Virus record (IMG/VR): IMGVR_UViG_3300035670_000045
Coordinates: 1-64,000 of that record
Direction: 5' to 3' (one strand)
Source of the DNA: a virus
Length of the DNA: 64,000 nucleotides
Position 1 is the first letter of the stretch, and each line of letters starts with the position of its first letter. The notes under the pieces were generated by a model. The model did no database searches, had not been told where the DNA came from, and was given only the letters and a program-made list of their open reading frames with translations. Shown piece by piece: positions 8,822 through 17,606 of this stretch. A program made the position numbers and the translations under genes.

Positions 8822-10135
8822 ATGCAAACCGGTGGATTGGTTCTGGATATCTACGACGACCCCTCTGCGGTGGGGCCGCGTGTCGCGCGTAGCGCCCCGA
8901 CCGAGGCGGTGAAGACCGCCTCCGCGTTGAGCCCGGAGACGCTTCTGGCTCTGCCGGATCGCGTCTTCGCGTTGTGCGTGTACGAGGGGGATGCCCCGGC
9001 GTTTCGCAAGTACGCGTGCGTGGATCAAGGCCACACGGAGCTCCACCTCGCGGCGTTCCTGGAGAACCGACACAAGCTCGACGTCGAGGTCCAGGCGCAC
9101 ACGGCGGAGAACCTCAAGCTCGCCTGCGCGTGGTACGGCATGGAAGTCCCCGAAGAGCTCGAGAAGGTGAGTGGGGTGCTTGGGGCGCTACAGAAAGCCA
9201 ACACCCTCGCTGCCATCCCGTCGATGGCGGGTGGGGTGCATGGGGAGATCAAGCGGAACCTCTCCGCCGTTCGGCAGGGGGAGCAGGCGCACGGATCTAC
9301 CTCCGGGGGGCTCGCTGCGATGGCGGCGCAGAAGTTGGCGGAGACAAGCTACCGCGGGATCAACGAGGCCAGCGTCGTCAAAAACGAGCCGGCCAACCTG
9401 AAGCCTGTCGTCAAGTCTGCGATGACCTCGCTTCGACGGGACTGCGCCCCGCCCGCCCTCGAGAAGAAAGCCGCTTCGGTCCGGACCGCCATTCCAGGCG
9501 TCCCGCTCGACTCGTACGCCGAGGTGAAAACCGCAGCCGACCGGTTCGAAGCGGAGTGGTCCAACCTTCCGCTCGCCGACCGTCGGGTGTACGGCCTTCA
9601 GCTCGTCAAGCGTGCGGCCGAGCTCCGAATCCCCGTGGGCCCGGTCGCCTTGCACTACGGGTCCAACAAGTGTGCGAGCGAGGAGGAGTGGGGCGCGGCG
9701 TACGCCTCCCGTCGAGCCATGCTCGACGCCGACTTGCACGCGGACTTCGACAAAGTGGCGGCGTGCCGCGACGAGCTTCCCCCGGTGAAGTTCGCTTCGT
9801 TGCTCGAGGCGTTCGACCAGATCACCGGGCTCGAGTACCACTACGGTCGGATCCCAGACCCGTACCTCTCCGCGTTCGGGAAGCTCGCCTCGGTACTCGA
9901 TCCCCAGGACGAGTACGAGGAATCCGCACCCAACGGTGTCCCGGTGACCGAGTCTCGTCTCAAGCGGCTTGCTCTTCGTCGGCGTAGCGATGTGGCTGCG
10001 TACTTCGGGGACAAGTTCGCGGACGAGTTCGCCCGGCGTCCTGTCGAGGTGTACCGCGCGCTCCCTGACGACCGGAAGTGTGTGGTAGCGAACATGCAAA
10101 TCGACAACCACTCGGGAACCGGGGGCAACACTTGA
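8822..10135 (+). CDS. Putative head/virion protein rich in K-x-A motifs
   Basis: Start ATG 8822 (GAGGT RBS); at least 12 K-x-A occurrences (KTAS, KLAE, KSAM, KAAS, KTAA, KRAA, KVAA, KFAS, KLAS...). Confidence 0.7.
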   Translation: MQTGGLVLDIYDDPSAVGPRVARSAPTEAVKTASALSPETLLALPDRVFALCVYEGDAPAFRKYACVDQGHTELHLAAFLENRHKLDVEVQAHTAENLKLACAWYGMEVPEELEKVSGVLGALQKANTLAAIPSMAGGVHGEIKRNLSAVRQGEQAHGSTSGGLAAMAAQKLAETSYRGINEASVVKNEPANLKPVVKSAMTSLRRDCAPPALEKKAASVRTAIPGVPLDSYAEVKTAADRFEAEWSNLPLADRRVYGLQLVKRAAELRIPVGPVALHYGSNKCASEEEWGAAYASRRAMLDADLHADFDKVAACRDELPPVKFASLLEAFDQITGLEYHYGRIPDPYLSAFGKLASVLDPQDEYEESAPNGVPVTESRLKRLALRRRSDVAAYFGDKFADEFARRPVEVYRALPDDRKCVVANMQIDNHSGTGGNT

Positions 10136-10830
10136 GCTCGCGCTCCGGTGTCGGGCCCGACACCGCAGGGGACACCCACGACGCGCTCGTGGTGGTGGAA
10201 TCCGCCCTCCCCGGGCCGGAGCCCACACATGATGGAGAACCCGTGCCCACCGCCACGGGTTTCTTGAACAGGCCGGATGCCCACCCCATCGCCATCAGCA
10301 TGTGGTTGATGCGGCGCCACGGACTGGACCCGCTCACGTGGGAGACAGGGACGATCGAAAAGGTGGTGGCACCGTCTGGGGGCATCAGCAAGGCCAACAT
10401 GCTGAAGTTCCAGGCGGTGCGATCCATGCTGCTTGTGGACTCGTTCTGGTCCCGGTGGGAGGTGTTCGTGTGGTGCACGATGGGCCTTCACGGGGTGCCT
10501 ATCGATCTGTCCGTCATGCAGGTGCCCACCGCTGCGCAGGCGGTAATGGCCGTGCGCATCGCCCGCGCGTTACGGGAAGACATCGAGTGGGAGAACGAGG
10601 TCAAGCTGTACCTGCAGACCCTGTTCGTCCACGAGCATGTGCACTACCTGCCGAAGCTGCTGTCGTTCGTGCCTATGCAGCCAGAGTTGTACGGGCTACC
10701 GAGTGAGCTCCCGGCTTCCACGTCCCCAGACAACCCGGCAACGGAGCAGCGACGTAGACGGGATGCGCTCGAGCAGCTACTACGCGACGACGAAACCCTC
10801 CTGCGCAACCAACTCAAGGCCATCGGATAG
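10132..10830 (+). CDS. Hypothetical protein
   Basis: TTG start overlapping the upstream TGA; globular-looking sequence; start position uncertain. Confidence 0.65.
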   Translation: MSSRSGVGPDTAGDTHDALVVVESALPGPEPTHDGEPVPTATGFLNRPDAHPIAISMWLMRRHGLDPLTWETGTIEKVVAPSGGISKANMLKFQAVRSMLLVDSFWSRWEVFVWCTMGLHGVPIDLSVMQVPTAAQAVMAVRIARALREDIEWENEVKLYLQTLFVHEHVHYLPKLLSFVPMQPELYGLPSELPASTSPDNPATEQRRRRDALEQLLRDDETLLRNQLKAIG

Positions 10831-10837
10831 GTGGAAT

Positions 10838-11758
10838 ATGTATCCAGTCCTCACACCCACCTCGATGCACTACTTCCATGACGAGCTTCGTAAGCTTGCC
10901 GCCGCTCCCCACATCCTCCCGGCTGCTGCATCCAAGGCGTTGATGTCCGCGGGCGCGCTTGGGGGAGTTGGGGCGGGTGTGGGTGCGGGGCTTGGTGCGC
11001 TTGCCGGCGGCGTTCGCGGGTACCGGGCTGCCCGGCAGGAGGGCGCTGGAGTCCTGGACTCCGTTCGGGCGGGCGGCGGCCAGGCGCTCCAAGGCGGCCT
11101 GTTGGGTGCTGGGGTGGGTGCTGGCGTGGGTGGCTTGGCCGGCGCTGTTGGCTCGCGCATGTCCCCTGACAAGATGGAGGCCATTCGGAGTCGGTTGACG
11201 GAGCGTTCCGGTCTTGCGCGGTTCGGGCAGCGTCAAATCCACGGGATCACTGGTGCGACGAACGCGGACGGCTTGAAGGGCCTTGGGATGGACTCCGAGC
11301 ACCGCAAAGCCACGCTGGACCAGCTCAAGGGCTCGGCACCCACCGCCAACCGTTGGGAGCAGTTCCGCGGGAAAACGCCGGAGCAAGTGGCGGCTCGTCA
11401 CCGAGACGACATCTCGAGGGCCTCTGAGGGCTTGGCGGCTGCGCGCCGAGCAGAGGCGATGGGGCTGACCAGCCTGCCGGGGATCGCACGGTCTGCGGTG
11501 AACGCTCCGTTGGACACGGCGCGTGCGGCCCTCGACCATCAGCTGAAGGGCACGGACGCGGGTACGCAGGGCCTGACGCTGGGCCTTTCCGGTCTGGGCG
11601 TTGGAATGGCTGCGCGGTCCCAAGAAGGGGATCAGCAGGGTGACCGCCTGAAGCGGGTGGGCCGAGCTGCGCTACACTCGGGGGCAGGGATCCTCACCGG
11701 CGGGTTGCCCATCCTCCCGAACATGCTGGCCAGCTCGATGCTGACGGGTAACTCATGA
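10838..11758 (+). CDS. Glycine-zipper membrane-type virion protein with N-terminal FHDELRKLAA leader
   Basis: Start ATG 10838 (AGGTGG RBS); repeated GxxxG tracts; coupled to the portal gene by ATGA. Confidence 0.7.
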   Translation: MYPVLTPTSMHYFHDELRKLAAAPHILPAAASKALMSAGALGGVGAGVGAGLGALAGGVRGYRAARQEGAGVLDSVRAGGGQALQGGLLGAGVGAGVGGLAGAVGSRMSPDKMEAIRSRLTERSGLARFGQRQIHGITGATNADGLKGLGMDSEHRKATLDQLKGSAPTANRWEQFRGKTPEQVAARHRDDISRASEGLAAARRAEAMGLTSLPGIARSAVNAPLDTARAALDHQLKGTDAGTQGLTLGLSGLGVGMAARSQEGDQQGDRLKRVGRAALHSGAGILTGGLPILPNMLASSMLTGNS

Positions 11759-13722
11759 GCTTCTTCGGTCCGACTGCCTCGACGGTGAACCTGACCCCCC
11801 AGCGATACGGGGGGATGACCCAGGGGCGCATCTCCGGTGGCCTGCAGCCCGGCATGATGTACCCGTCGCCGTTCTTCGACGTGGCGCACACGTATCTGCC
11901 CACCACCGTGAAGCAGCTCTTTCGGTGGTCGAGGTACTACTACCTCACGAACGCCATCGTGGGGACGACCGCTTACCGGCTCTCGGAGTACCCCGTCACC
12001 GACATCTGGGTGAAGCACGAGGACACCAAGACGCGCGACAAGTGGCGCACGTTCCTGTTCAAGATCTTGCAGATCCGTACGTTCCAGATCGAGCTCGGTC
12101 TGGACTACAACGTGTACGGGAATGGGATCGTGACGATCGCTTTCCCCTTCGTGAAGCACCTCATCTGCATGAAGTGCAAGGCGCAAGGTACGGCCCGATC
12201 CCTTCGTCCGCATTGGACGATGTCGGAGTACACGTTCAAGCTCAAGTGCCCAAAGTGCGGTCATCACGGAAAGGCCGCTGCACGGGACATGTACGTGCGC
12301 AACTGGCGCCTCATCCGCCTCCTCCGCCACAACCCGGAGAACATCGATACGACGTACAACGAGATGACGGGACGGCAGACGTACTACTACAACCTACCGA
12401 CGTCGGTGAAGAACGACATCGTGCTTGGTCGGCAGGAGATCATCGAAGAGACGCCCCAGCTCTACCTGCAAGCGATCGCCGAGAACAAGGCGGTGGTGTT
12501 CAACCCGGACCTCGTCTTCCACATGAAGCGGCCGGGGTTGGCCGATTCTGACAGGGCGTGGGGTGTACCCTGTACGCTTCCCGTGCTGAAGGACCTGTTT
12601 CTCCTCCAGGTGATGAAGAAGGCGCAGGAAGCCGTCGCGCTCGAGCATGTCCTTCCGTTGCGCGTGCTGTTCCCGCAAGCGGGAAGCGGGTCGTCTGACC
12701 CCTACTCCTCCATCGACCTGTCCGACTGGAAGAACAAGGTGGCCACGGAGATTCAGCGGTGGAAACTCGATCGGAACTACATCCCGATCATGCCGCTGCC
12801 CATCGGAAACCAGACCATCGGCGGAGACGGCCGCACGATGTTCCTGACGCAAGAGATCACCCAGCAGATGGAGACCATCCTGGCTGGCATGGGTGTCATG
12901 CGCGAATTCGTGTACGGCGGGATGAGCTGGAGCGGATCGAACGCCTCTTTGCGGATGCTCGAGAACTCTCTCCTGCGGTACATGGAACGGCAGCAAGACT
13001 TCCGAGACTGGGTCGTCAAGAGCTGCGCGGACTACCTGGGGTGGCCGGAGGTGGAGACGGGTGCGCAGCCTTTCAAGATGGCGGACGACCTTCAGCGGAA
13101 GTCGCTCGAGCTCCAGCTGAACGCGTCTGGTTTGCTCAGCAGCACCACCTTCCTCAGCGGCATGGACTACGACTTCGAGAAGGAGGCGGTGCTTACCGAG
13201 AAAGAGACGGACCTCTCCATGCGAGCTCAACGTGCCAAGCAAGTGGCACAGGCAAAGTTGCAGGGGGAGCTGCAGGTCATCCAGGCAAAGTACACCCAAC
13301 AGGCCCAAGGGATGACGCAGCCTCCTCAACCGGAGGGTCAGCCCCCTCAGGCCGCCGCACCTCCGCCAGAGGGCGAGCAGCCCGCACAACCTCCGCCTTC
13401 TCCGGAGGAGCAAGCGGCTACAGAGGCCCCCGCGGGCGGGTCCCCTGCGGAGCAGGCATCTGCAAGCCCACTCGGCGCTCAGCCTCCTGGCGTGGACATC
13501 CGAGTGATCGCAGACATGACAGCAAGGGCGATCGAAGCGTTGCCCATCTCGGACCGGGCGGCGCGCATGGCTGCCGTGCAGTCCATGTCGGAGCCGTTGG
13601 CCGAGCTCGTGGGCCGCATTCTTGCGCAGCGTGGGGTACAGTTGGCGCCTGACCCCGTCGGGGTGGACAACCGGCCCTTGCCTGAGGCAGGTCCGCCGCA
13701 ACGGCTATCCGCGTCGGTGTAG
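11755..13722 (+). CDS. Portal protein (putative) with Zn-ribbon insertion and Pro/Gln-rich tail
   Basis: Portal-like order of elements: LDYNVYGNG, FHMKRP...WGVP, helical wing, ILAGMGV..F..G, GLLS..T. CMKC/CPKC insert. Size and context fit a portal. Confidence 0.7.
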   Translation: MSFFGPTASTVNLTPQRYGGMTQGRISGGLQPGMMYPSPFFDVAHTYLPTTVKQLFRWSRYYYLTNAIVGTTAYRLSEYPVTDIWVKHEDTKTRDKWRTFLFKILQIRTFQIELGLDYNVYGNGIVTIAFPFVKHLICMKCKAQGTARSLRPHWTMSEYTFKLKCPKCGHHGKAAARDMYVRNWRLIRLLRHNPENIDTTYNEMTGRQTYYYNLPTSVKNDIVLGRQEIIEETPQLYLQAIAENKAVVFNPDLVFHMKRPGLADSDRAWGVPCTLPVLKDLFLLQVMKKAQEAVALEHVLPLRVLFPQAGSGSSDPYSSIDLSDWKNKVATEIQRWKLDRNYIPIMPLPIGNQTIGGDGRTMFLTQEITQQMETILAGMGVMREFVYGGMSWSGSNASLRMLENSLLRYMERQQDFRDWVVKSCADYLGWPEVETGAQPFKMADDLQRKSLELQLNASGLLSSTTFLSGMDYDFEKEAVLTEKETDLSMRAQRAKQVAQAKLQGELQVIQAKYTQQAQGMTQPPQPEGQPPQAAAPPPEGEQPAQPPPSPEEQAATEAPAGGSPAEQASASPLGAQPPGVDIRVIADMTARAIEALPISDRAARMAAVQSMSEPLAELVGRILAQRGVQLAPDPVGVDNRPLPEAGPPQRLSASV

Positions 13723-13724
13723 CT

Positions 13725-13755
13725 AAAAAGACAGGAGGGCAATCGCCCTCCTGTC
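13725..13755 (-). terminator. Rho-independent terminator between convergent portal and VWA genes
   Basis: GACAGGAGGGC-gatt-GCCCTCCTGTC stem followed by TTTTT on the minus strand. Confidence 0.85.
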
Positions 13756-13757
13756 GG

Positions 13758-15146
13758 TTACGCGTCTCCCACTGCGGGAGGCGCGCTCACCTCATCGTCC
13801 CCGTCCTCATCGTCCTCATCGTCATAAGCCAGGGAGGCCACGCCGATGACGGAGCGGGATGGGAACACGACGGGCCCCAGCTCACGAACCTGATGGCACA
13901 TGTTCTGTAGGGATTTCTCACGGGTCTCTTCCGACCCCACGGTGCAGACAACCACACAGGGCGTGGTTGGCCGGTGGTTCGCCCCAATTCCGCCGTCCGT
14001 GAGGATGACGTTCAAGTTGGAGCGCATGTCGATCTGGTCCACGAGCTTCAGTGCGTCGGTCAAGTCCGAGCCGCCGCCGCCGTGCACGATGTCTGGGAAT
14101 TCGTGCGTGGAGTACGTGCGGATTGCACGTACGCCCGTGTCCACCTCGATGAGCCGGTACTGTTGGATGCCGAGTCCGGACATCATGTCGAGTACCGTCT
14201 GTGCTGCGATCTGGTAGTCGGTCTCGCCCATCGACCCGGAGGTGTCGAGGATGACGTTGATGACCGGGTCTTGTCCGCACAGCCGCGGGTTGATGACGCC
14301 ACCGTACGCGTGGGAGATCCGAGGAGGAAGCGCGTAGCTGTAGTCGGTGGTGCCGGACGCAGCGCTGCTGACCGCAAGGGCCAGAAACTCGCGTACGACC
14401 TCCTCCCACGGCACCCTGTGGGGGACAGGGGCGAGCTTCAGTTGGACTTCGTTCCAAAAGTCGGAATCGTCCCCCGCGTGTATCTGCGTTTTACCCCGAG
14501 CGGCATGGGCGGTTTGTCGGACTGCTTCACGCACCTCCTTGGGCTTACGCCGCGTTCGTGGGTGGTACATGAACGCCTTCTCGAGCTTGTCCTCCATCTC
14601 CTTTGACTTCGGCGCGCACTTGGCCATTTGCTTGGCCAACTCCTCCATCACGCGGCGCAACTCTTCCGAAGCCTCGAGCTCCGCCTTGTGGGCGATGGCC
14701 CACTCCCGGATGAGGTGACTGTACTCCCCGGATGTTTGGTGCTTCATCCACCCCAGCATCTCGGGGAGTAGCGCGCCCCCACTGTCCCACCCGGTACTCG
14801 TGAGGTGGGTGTCGACGGCCATGCACGCGCCAAGCCGTGTGCAGTTCAGCCCGTGGGTGTCCTCTCCGTTGTCTTCCAAGTCGAACGTATGCCGACGGAT
14901 GACGTGGTGGAGGTCGTGGAGGAGCCGGTAGGCCACCTGCTCCCCCGTGGTCTCGGGATTGTCCAACCAGTCCGTGGACACCAAGCACTGCATGTGTTCG
15001 TTGGTGTACGTCGTGAACGCACCCCTCTCCGGCAGCACGCTCAGTTTGTGCAGGAGAGAGGAGTAGTAGTTGAACTTGCGCGTGATGAGCAGGCGGCCCT
15101 CGACCATCTTCCGGGACTGGGCCGCCGTGAAGTCCTCGACGCTCAC
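13758..15146 (-). CDS. DUF2201-like putative metallopeptidase + VWA domain protein
   Basis: LLHDLHH (HExxH-like), MIDAS DTSGS, GGGSD and ILTDG. Start reassigned to GTG 15146, which overlaps the ATPase stop. Confidence 0.8.
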   Translation of the reverse strand: MSVEDFTAAQSRKMVEGRLLITRKFNYYSSLLHKLSVLPERGAFTTYTNEHMQCLVSTDWLDNPETTGEQVAYRLLHDLHHVIRRHTFDLEDNGEDTHGLNCTRLGACMAVDTHLTSTGWDSGGALLPEMLGWMKHQTSGEYSHLIREWAIAHKAELEASEELRRVMEELAKQMAKCAPKSKEMEDKLEKAFMYHPRTRRKPKEVREAVRQTAHAARGKTQIHAGDDSDFWNEVQLKLAPVPHRVPWEEVVREFLALAVSSAASGTTDYSYALPPRISHAYGGVINPRLCGQDPVINVILDTSGSMGETDYQIAAQTVLDMMSGLGIQQYRLIEVDTGVRAIRTYSTHEFPDIVHGGGGSDLTDALKLVDQIDMRSNLNVILTDGGIGANHRPTTPCVVVCTVGSEETREKSLQNMCHQVRELGPVVFPSRSVIGVASLAYDDEDDEDGDDEVSAPPAVGDA

Positions 15147-16384
15147 GCAGCCCTCACGGTCAGCCGAGAGCGCTGAGCCGAGATGCGGTCTGCGACCTGG
15201 CGGAGGTTCGGGGTGACCACCTTCAGGTGGTGCACGAGCTCGTCGACCACGATCAGCGCCACGTCGAGGACGCCCGCCTGGTCCGCCTGGTCCATGAGCG
15301 TCCAGATGGTGTTGATCTCCTCCGCCGGTGCCGGAGTGCTCTTGGCCCTGTACTGGTACACCCGCTGACGCATCGCCGCGTACACCAGGTAGGCCACGTC
15401 GAGTTGCAGCTGGCTGGGCTTCCATTTCCCCGCCAGCACTTCGTCCATCGTGGGCAGGTTGAGCTCCTGGATGTACGTGCGAAGCTCCGAGATCGGCCCG
15501 AGGCCCACGGCGCCGGCCATGGCCAGGTCGATCACCTCCTCGGTCTCGTTGATGCAGACGCCGGTCGCCATGATGCGGGCAGCGGTCGACCACGAGCGAG
15601 AGGACGGCCACGCGCGCGAGGCCAGCGCCGGGTCGGAGGGACGGAGGTGGAGCTGCGTCTCGTTGCGTTTCAGGTACTCGGAGATGACGCGCACCGCCGA
15701 GCGGTAGTGGACTTCCCAGCCCGCCGCCACCTGCCCTTCCAGCTCCTGGAGCGTTTCGAGGCTCGAGTACGGAGCGAGCTCGCCGAGCTCGTACTTGCTC
15801 CAGGTCGACACGTCCGTGCGGGCGATCTCGAAGTGCAGGAGCCGGTTGGCGAACGGCGCACCAAGCCGGAACATGCCGCCCTGGTTCACACCGTTCGCCG
15901 CAGCGACGGTTCGCACGCCCTTCGGCAGCGGCAGGCTCCCGAACCGGCGGGTCAGGATGGCGCCTTGGATGGCCTTCTGCACGGAGGGCGGTGCATCACC
16001 GATCTCGTCGAGGAACAGGATGGACTCCTTGGCGTTGACCGCGTCTTGCACCTGCGGGAGAGCGGGCACACGCCGCACCTCGGGTTCGCGCTTTCCGGAT
16101 GGGTCGAGGATGGGGACCAGCGCGCCGCCGACGTCCGGCGGCTCGATGGAGGACCCGAACACCTCGAACGTCGGCAGGAGGAGCTCGGAGGCCACGCCCG
16201 TGATGCGGTCGGTCTTTCCGATGCCGGCCTCCCCCCACAGGATGACGGGCGCACCCCACGCACACGCGGGGTCGGCCGGGCCGCGACGCTTGTTTGGGGT
16301 GACGAAGGCCAGGCGAAGGATGCGCTCGAGGTAACGCGTGTTGTCCATCGCGTTGCCGTGGATGTCGAGATTCTTGATGTCCAT
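15143..16384 (-). CDS. MoxR-like AAA+ ATPase
   Basis: GEAGIGKT Walker A, LFLDEI Walker B, AAAN sensor, ANR arginine finger, PSSRSW; strong AAAGGAG RBS. Confidence 0.9.
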   Translation of the reverse strand: MDIKNLDIHGNAMDNTRYLERILRLAFVTPNKRRGPADPACAWGAPVILWGEAGIGKTDRITGVASELLLPTFEVFGSSIEPPDVGGALVPILDPSGKREPEVRRVPALPQVQDAVNAKESILFLDEIGDAPPSVQKAIQGAILTRRFGSLPLPKGVRTVAAANGVNQGGMFRLGAPFANRLLHFEIARTDVSTWSKYELGELAPYSSLETLQELEGQVAAGWEVHYRSAVRVISEYLKRNETQLHLRPSDPALASRAWPSSRSWSTAARIMATGVCINETEEVIDLAMAGAVGLGPISELRTYIQELNLPTMDEVLAGKWKPSQLQLDVAYLVYAAMRQRVYQYRAKSTPAPAEEINTIWTLMDQADQAGVLDVALIVVDELVHHLKVVTPNLRQVADRISAQRSRLTVRAA

Positions 16385-16407
16385 GTTTCTCCTCTTTCTC
16401 TTTCTGT

Positions 16408-16884
16408 TCAGGTGCCCATTTCGAAGAGCTCTTCGACCCAGTCGGTGTACGAGTCAGCGGCGGGGGCGAAGCATTCCGTGCAGTACATGTCGGGTTTCGC
16501 GTTGCGTACGAAGGTGTAGTCCTTTCGAGTCTTCGAGACGTTGATCTCGCCCTCCGTCACGCGGACGACCCGGGTGTCATCGTCGAAGATGCGGAGGCAT
16601 GACGCGCAGTGCGGGAGAGCGGGCTTGTCTCTCGCCAGCGGTGGGCTGTCGGCGTTGCTGCGGCGAATAGCTTCGAGCCCCTCGCTCTCCCAGCACGACT
16701 TGTGCGCGATGTAGGGCTCGAAGTAGTACCCGTCTGCCACGTTCAACACGACTTCGGACGCGCGGTGTCGGTAGGCATCTACGACCTCGAGCACCACCGT
16801 GTCCGACTCCGTTTGGAGCGGGTCAGTGCAGTGAGGGCACTCGATGTCTTCGATGTCCCTGTCCGGGCGGCTGACGTGTCTCAT
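16408..16884 (-). CDS. Hypothetical zinc-finger protein
   Basis: CPHC, HKSC, CASC and CTEC; start ATG 16884 overlaps the upstream stop. Confidence 0.7.
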   Translation of the reverse strand: MRHVSRPDRDIEDIECPHCTDPLQTESDTVVLEVVDAYRHRASEVVLNVADGYYFEPYIAHKSCWESEGLEAIRRSNADSPPLARDKPALPHCASCLRIFDDDTRVVRVTEGEINVSKTRKDYTFVRNAKPDMYCTECFAPAADSYTDWVEELFEMGT

Positions 16885-17450
16885 GCTCGCCTGCTCCGCT
16901 CTACCCGTTTCCAACGGGCGTCGATGTTCTGGATGCCGAGAGAGCTCGGGCCACGGTTTGCGGGCCCGTTCACCAGCGTCAGGATCTCGTGGAACACCGC
17001 GCCGGGCTCGGACTGGTAGGTGCGCTCGATCGTAGACCCTTCGGGCAATGGGTCCGGAAGGTCGCGGTGGATGAGCTCCCTGTCGTAGAGGTCGTCCTCC
17101 AGGTCGTCGTCGTCGCACACCAGTGCGTGAAACGAAGAGGAGCCTGGTGCGGGGTATGCGGACTGGGACCAGAGGCAGTACGACCCCGGCTCGGCAATCG
17201 AGAGCGCCACCTCGAGGTAGAGCTGCTCGACAAACGTCACCGCTTGGGTCATCGGGTTCGTGACTTTGACGCGGATACCCTGCGGCTTCCGGCCAGCGAT
17301 CGGCGCGTACACGCCGGAGATGAGCCACTTGCCGCCAGGAGTTTGCCGGTCCACGATTTCGTGGCCGATGAGGTTGAACGTCTCTTTGAGGATGCGGCTG
17401 CCCGGGATGATCCCCATCAAGTGGCGGTCACGCGTGGGGTGTACGATCAT
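16881..17450 (-). CDS. Hypothetical protein
   Basis: Start ATG 17450 with a GGGAGG RBS. Confidence 0.7.
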   Translation of the reverse strand: MIVHPTRDRHLMGIIPGSRILKETFNLIGHEIVDRQTPGGKWLISGVYAPIAGRKPQGIRVKVTNPMTQAVTFVEQLYLEVALSIAEPGSYCLWSQSAYPAPGSSSFHALVCDDDDLEDDLYDRELIHRDLPDPLPEGSTIERTYQSEPGAVFHEILTLVNGPANRGPSSLGIQNIDARWKRVERSRRA

Positions 17451-17524
17451 GTGCCTCCCTTGTTGCGCGTGAGCCACGAGTGGAGTCCGAGCAGAACACC
17501 AAACAGCACGGCATACTTGAACAT
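17447..17524 (-). CDS. Small hydrophobic peptide (25 aa, MFKYAVLFGVLLGLHSWLTRNKGGT)
   Basis: AGGAG RBS; the stop overlaps the next ATG (ATGA); too short for the ORF track. Confidence 0.55.
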   Translation of the reverse strand: MFKYAVLFGVLLGLHSWLTRNKGGT

Positions 17525-17571
17525 CTACTGAGTGCTCCTGCGTCATTCTTATCGAGGAATTTGCACGTCTA

Positions 17572-17600
17572 TTGCGTGCGCGCCCCAGGCCGCCTAGTCT
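17572..17600 (+). promoter_or_regulatory. Sigma70-like promoter TTGCGT-N17-TAGTCT, predicted leaderless start at the RNAP GTG
   Basis: Exact 17-nt spacer; the -10 ends 6 nt before GTG 17607; no SD sequence. Confidence 0.6.
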
Positions 17601-17606
17601 TGGCCC

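Noticed and set aside
13758-15611. Extended N-termini from the ORF track (for example 15611, 8610, 9100, 40971, 57298, 26408)
   Set aside because: The extensions overlap neighbouring real genes; internal starts with an RBS or stop/start coupling fit better.
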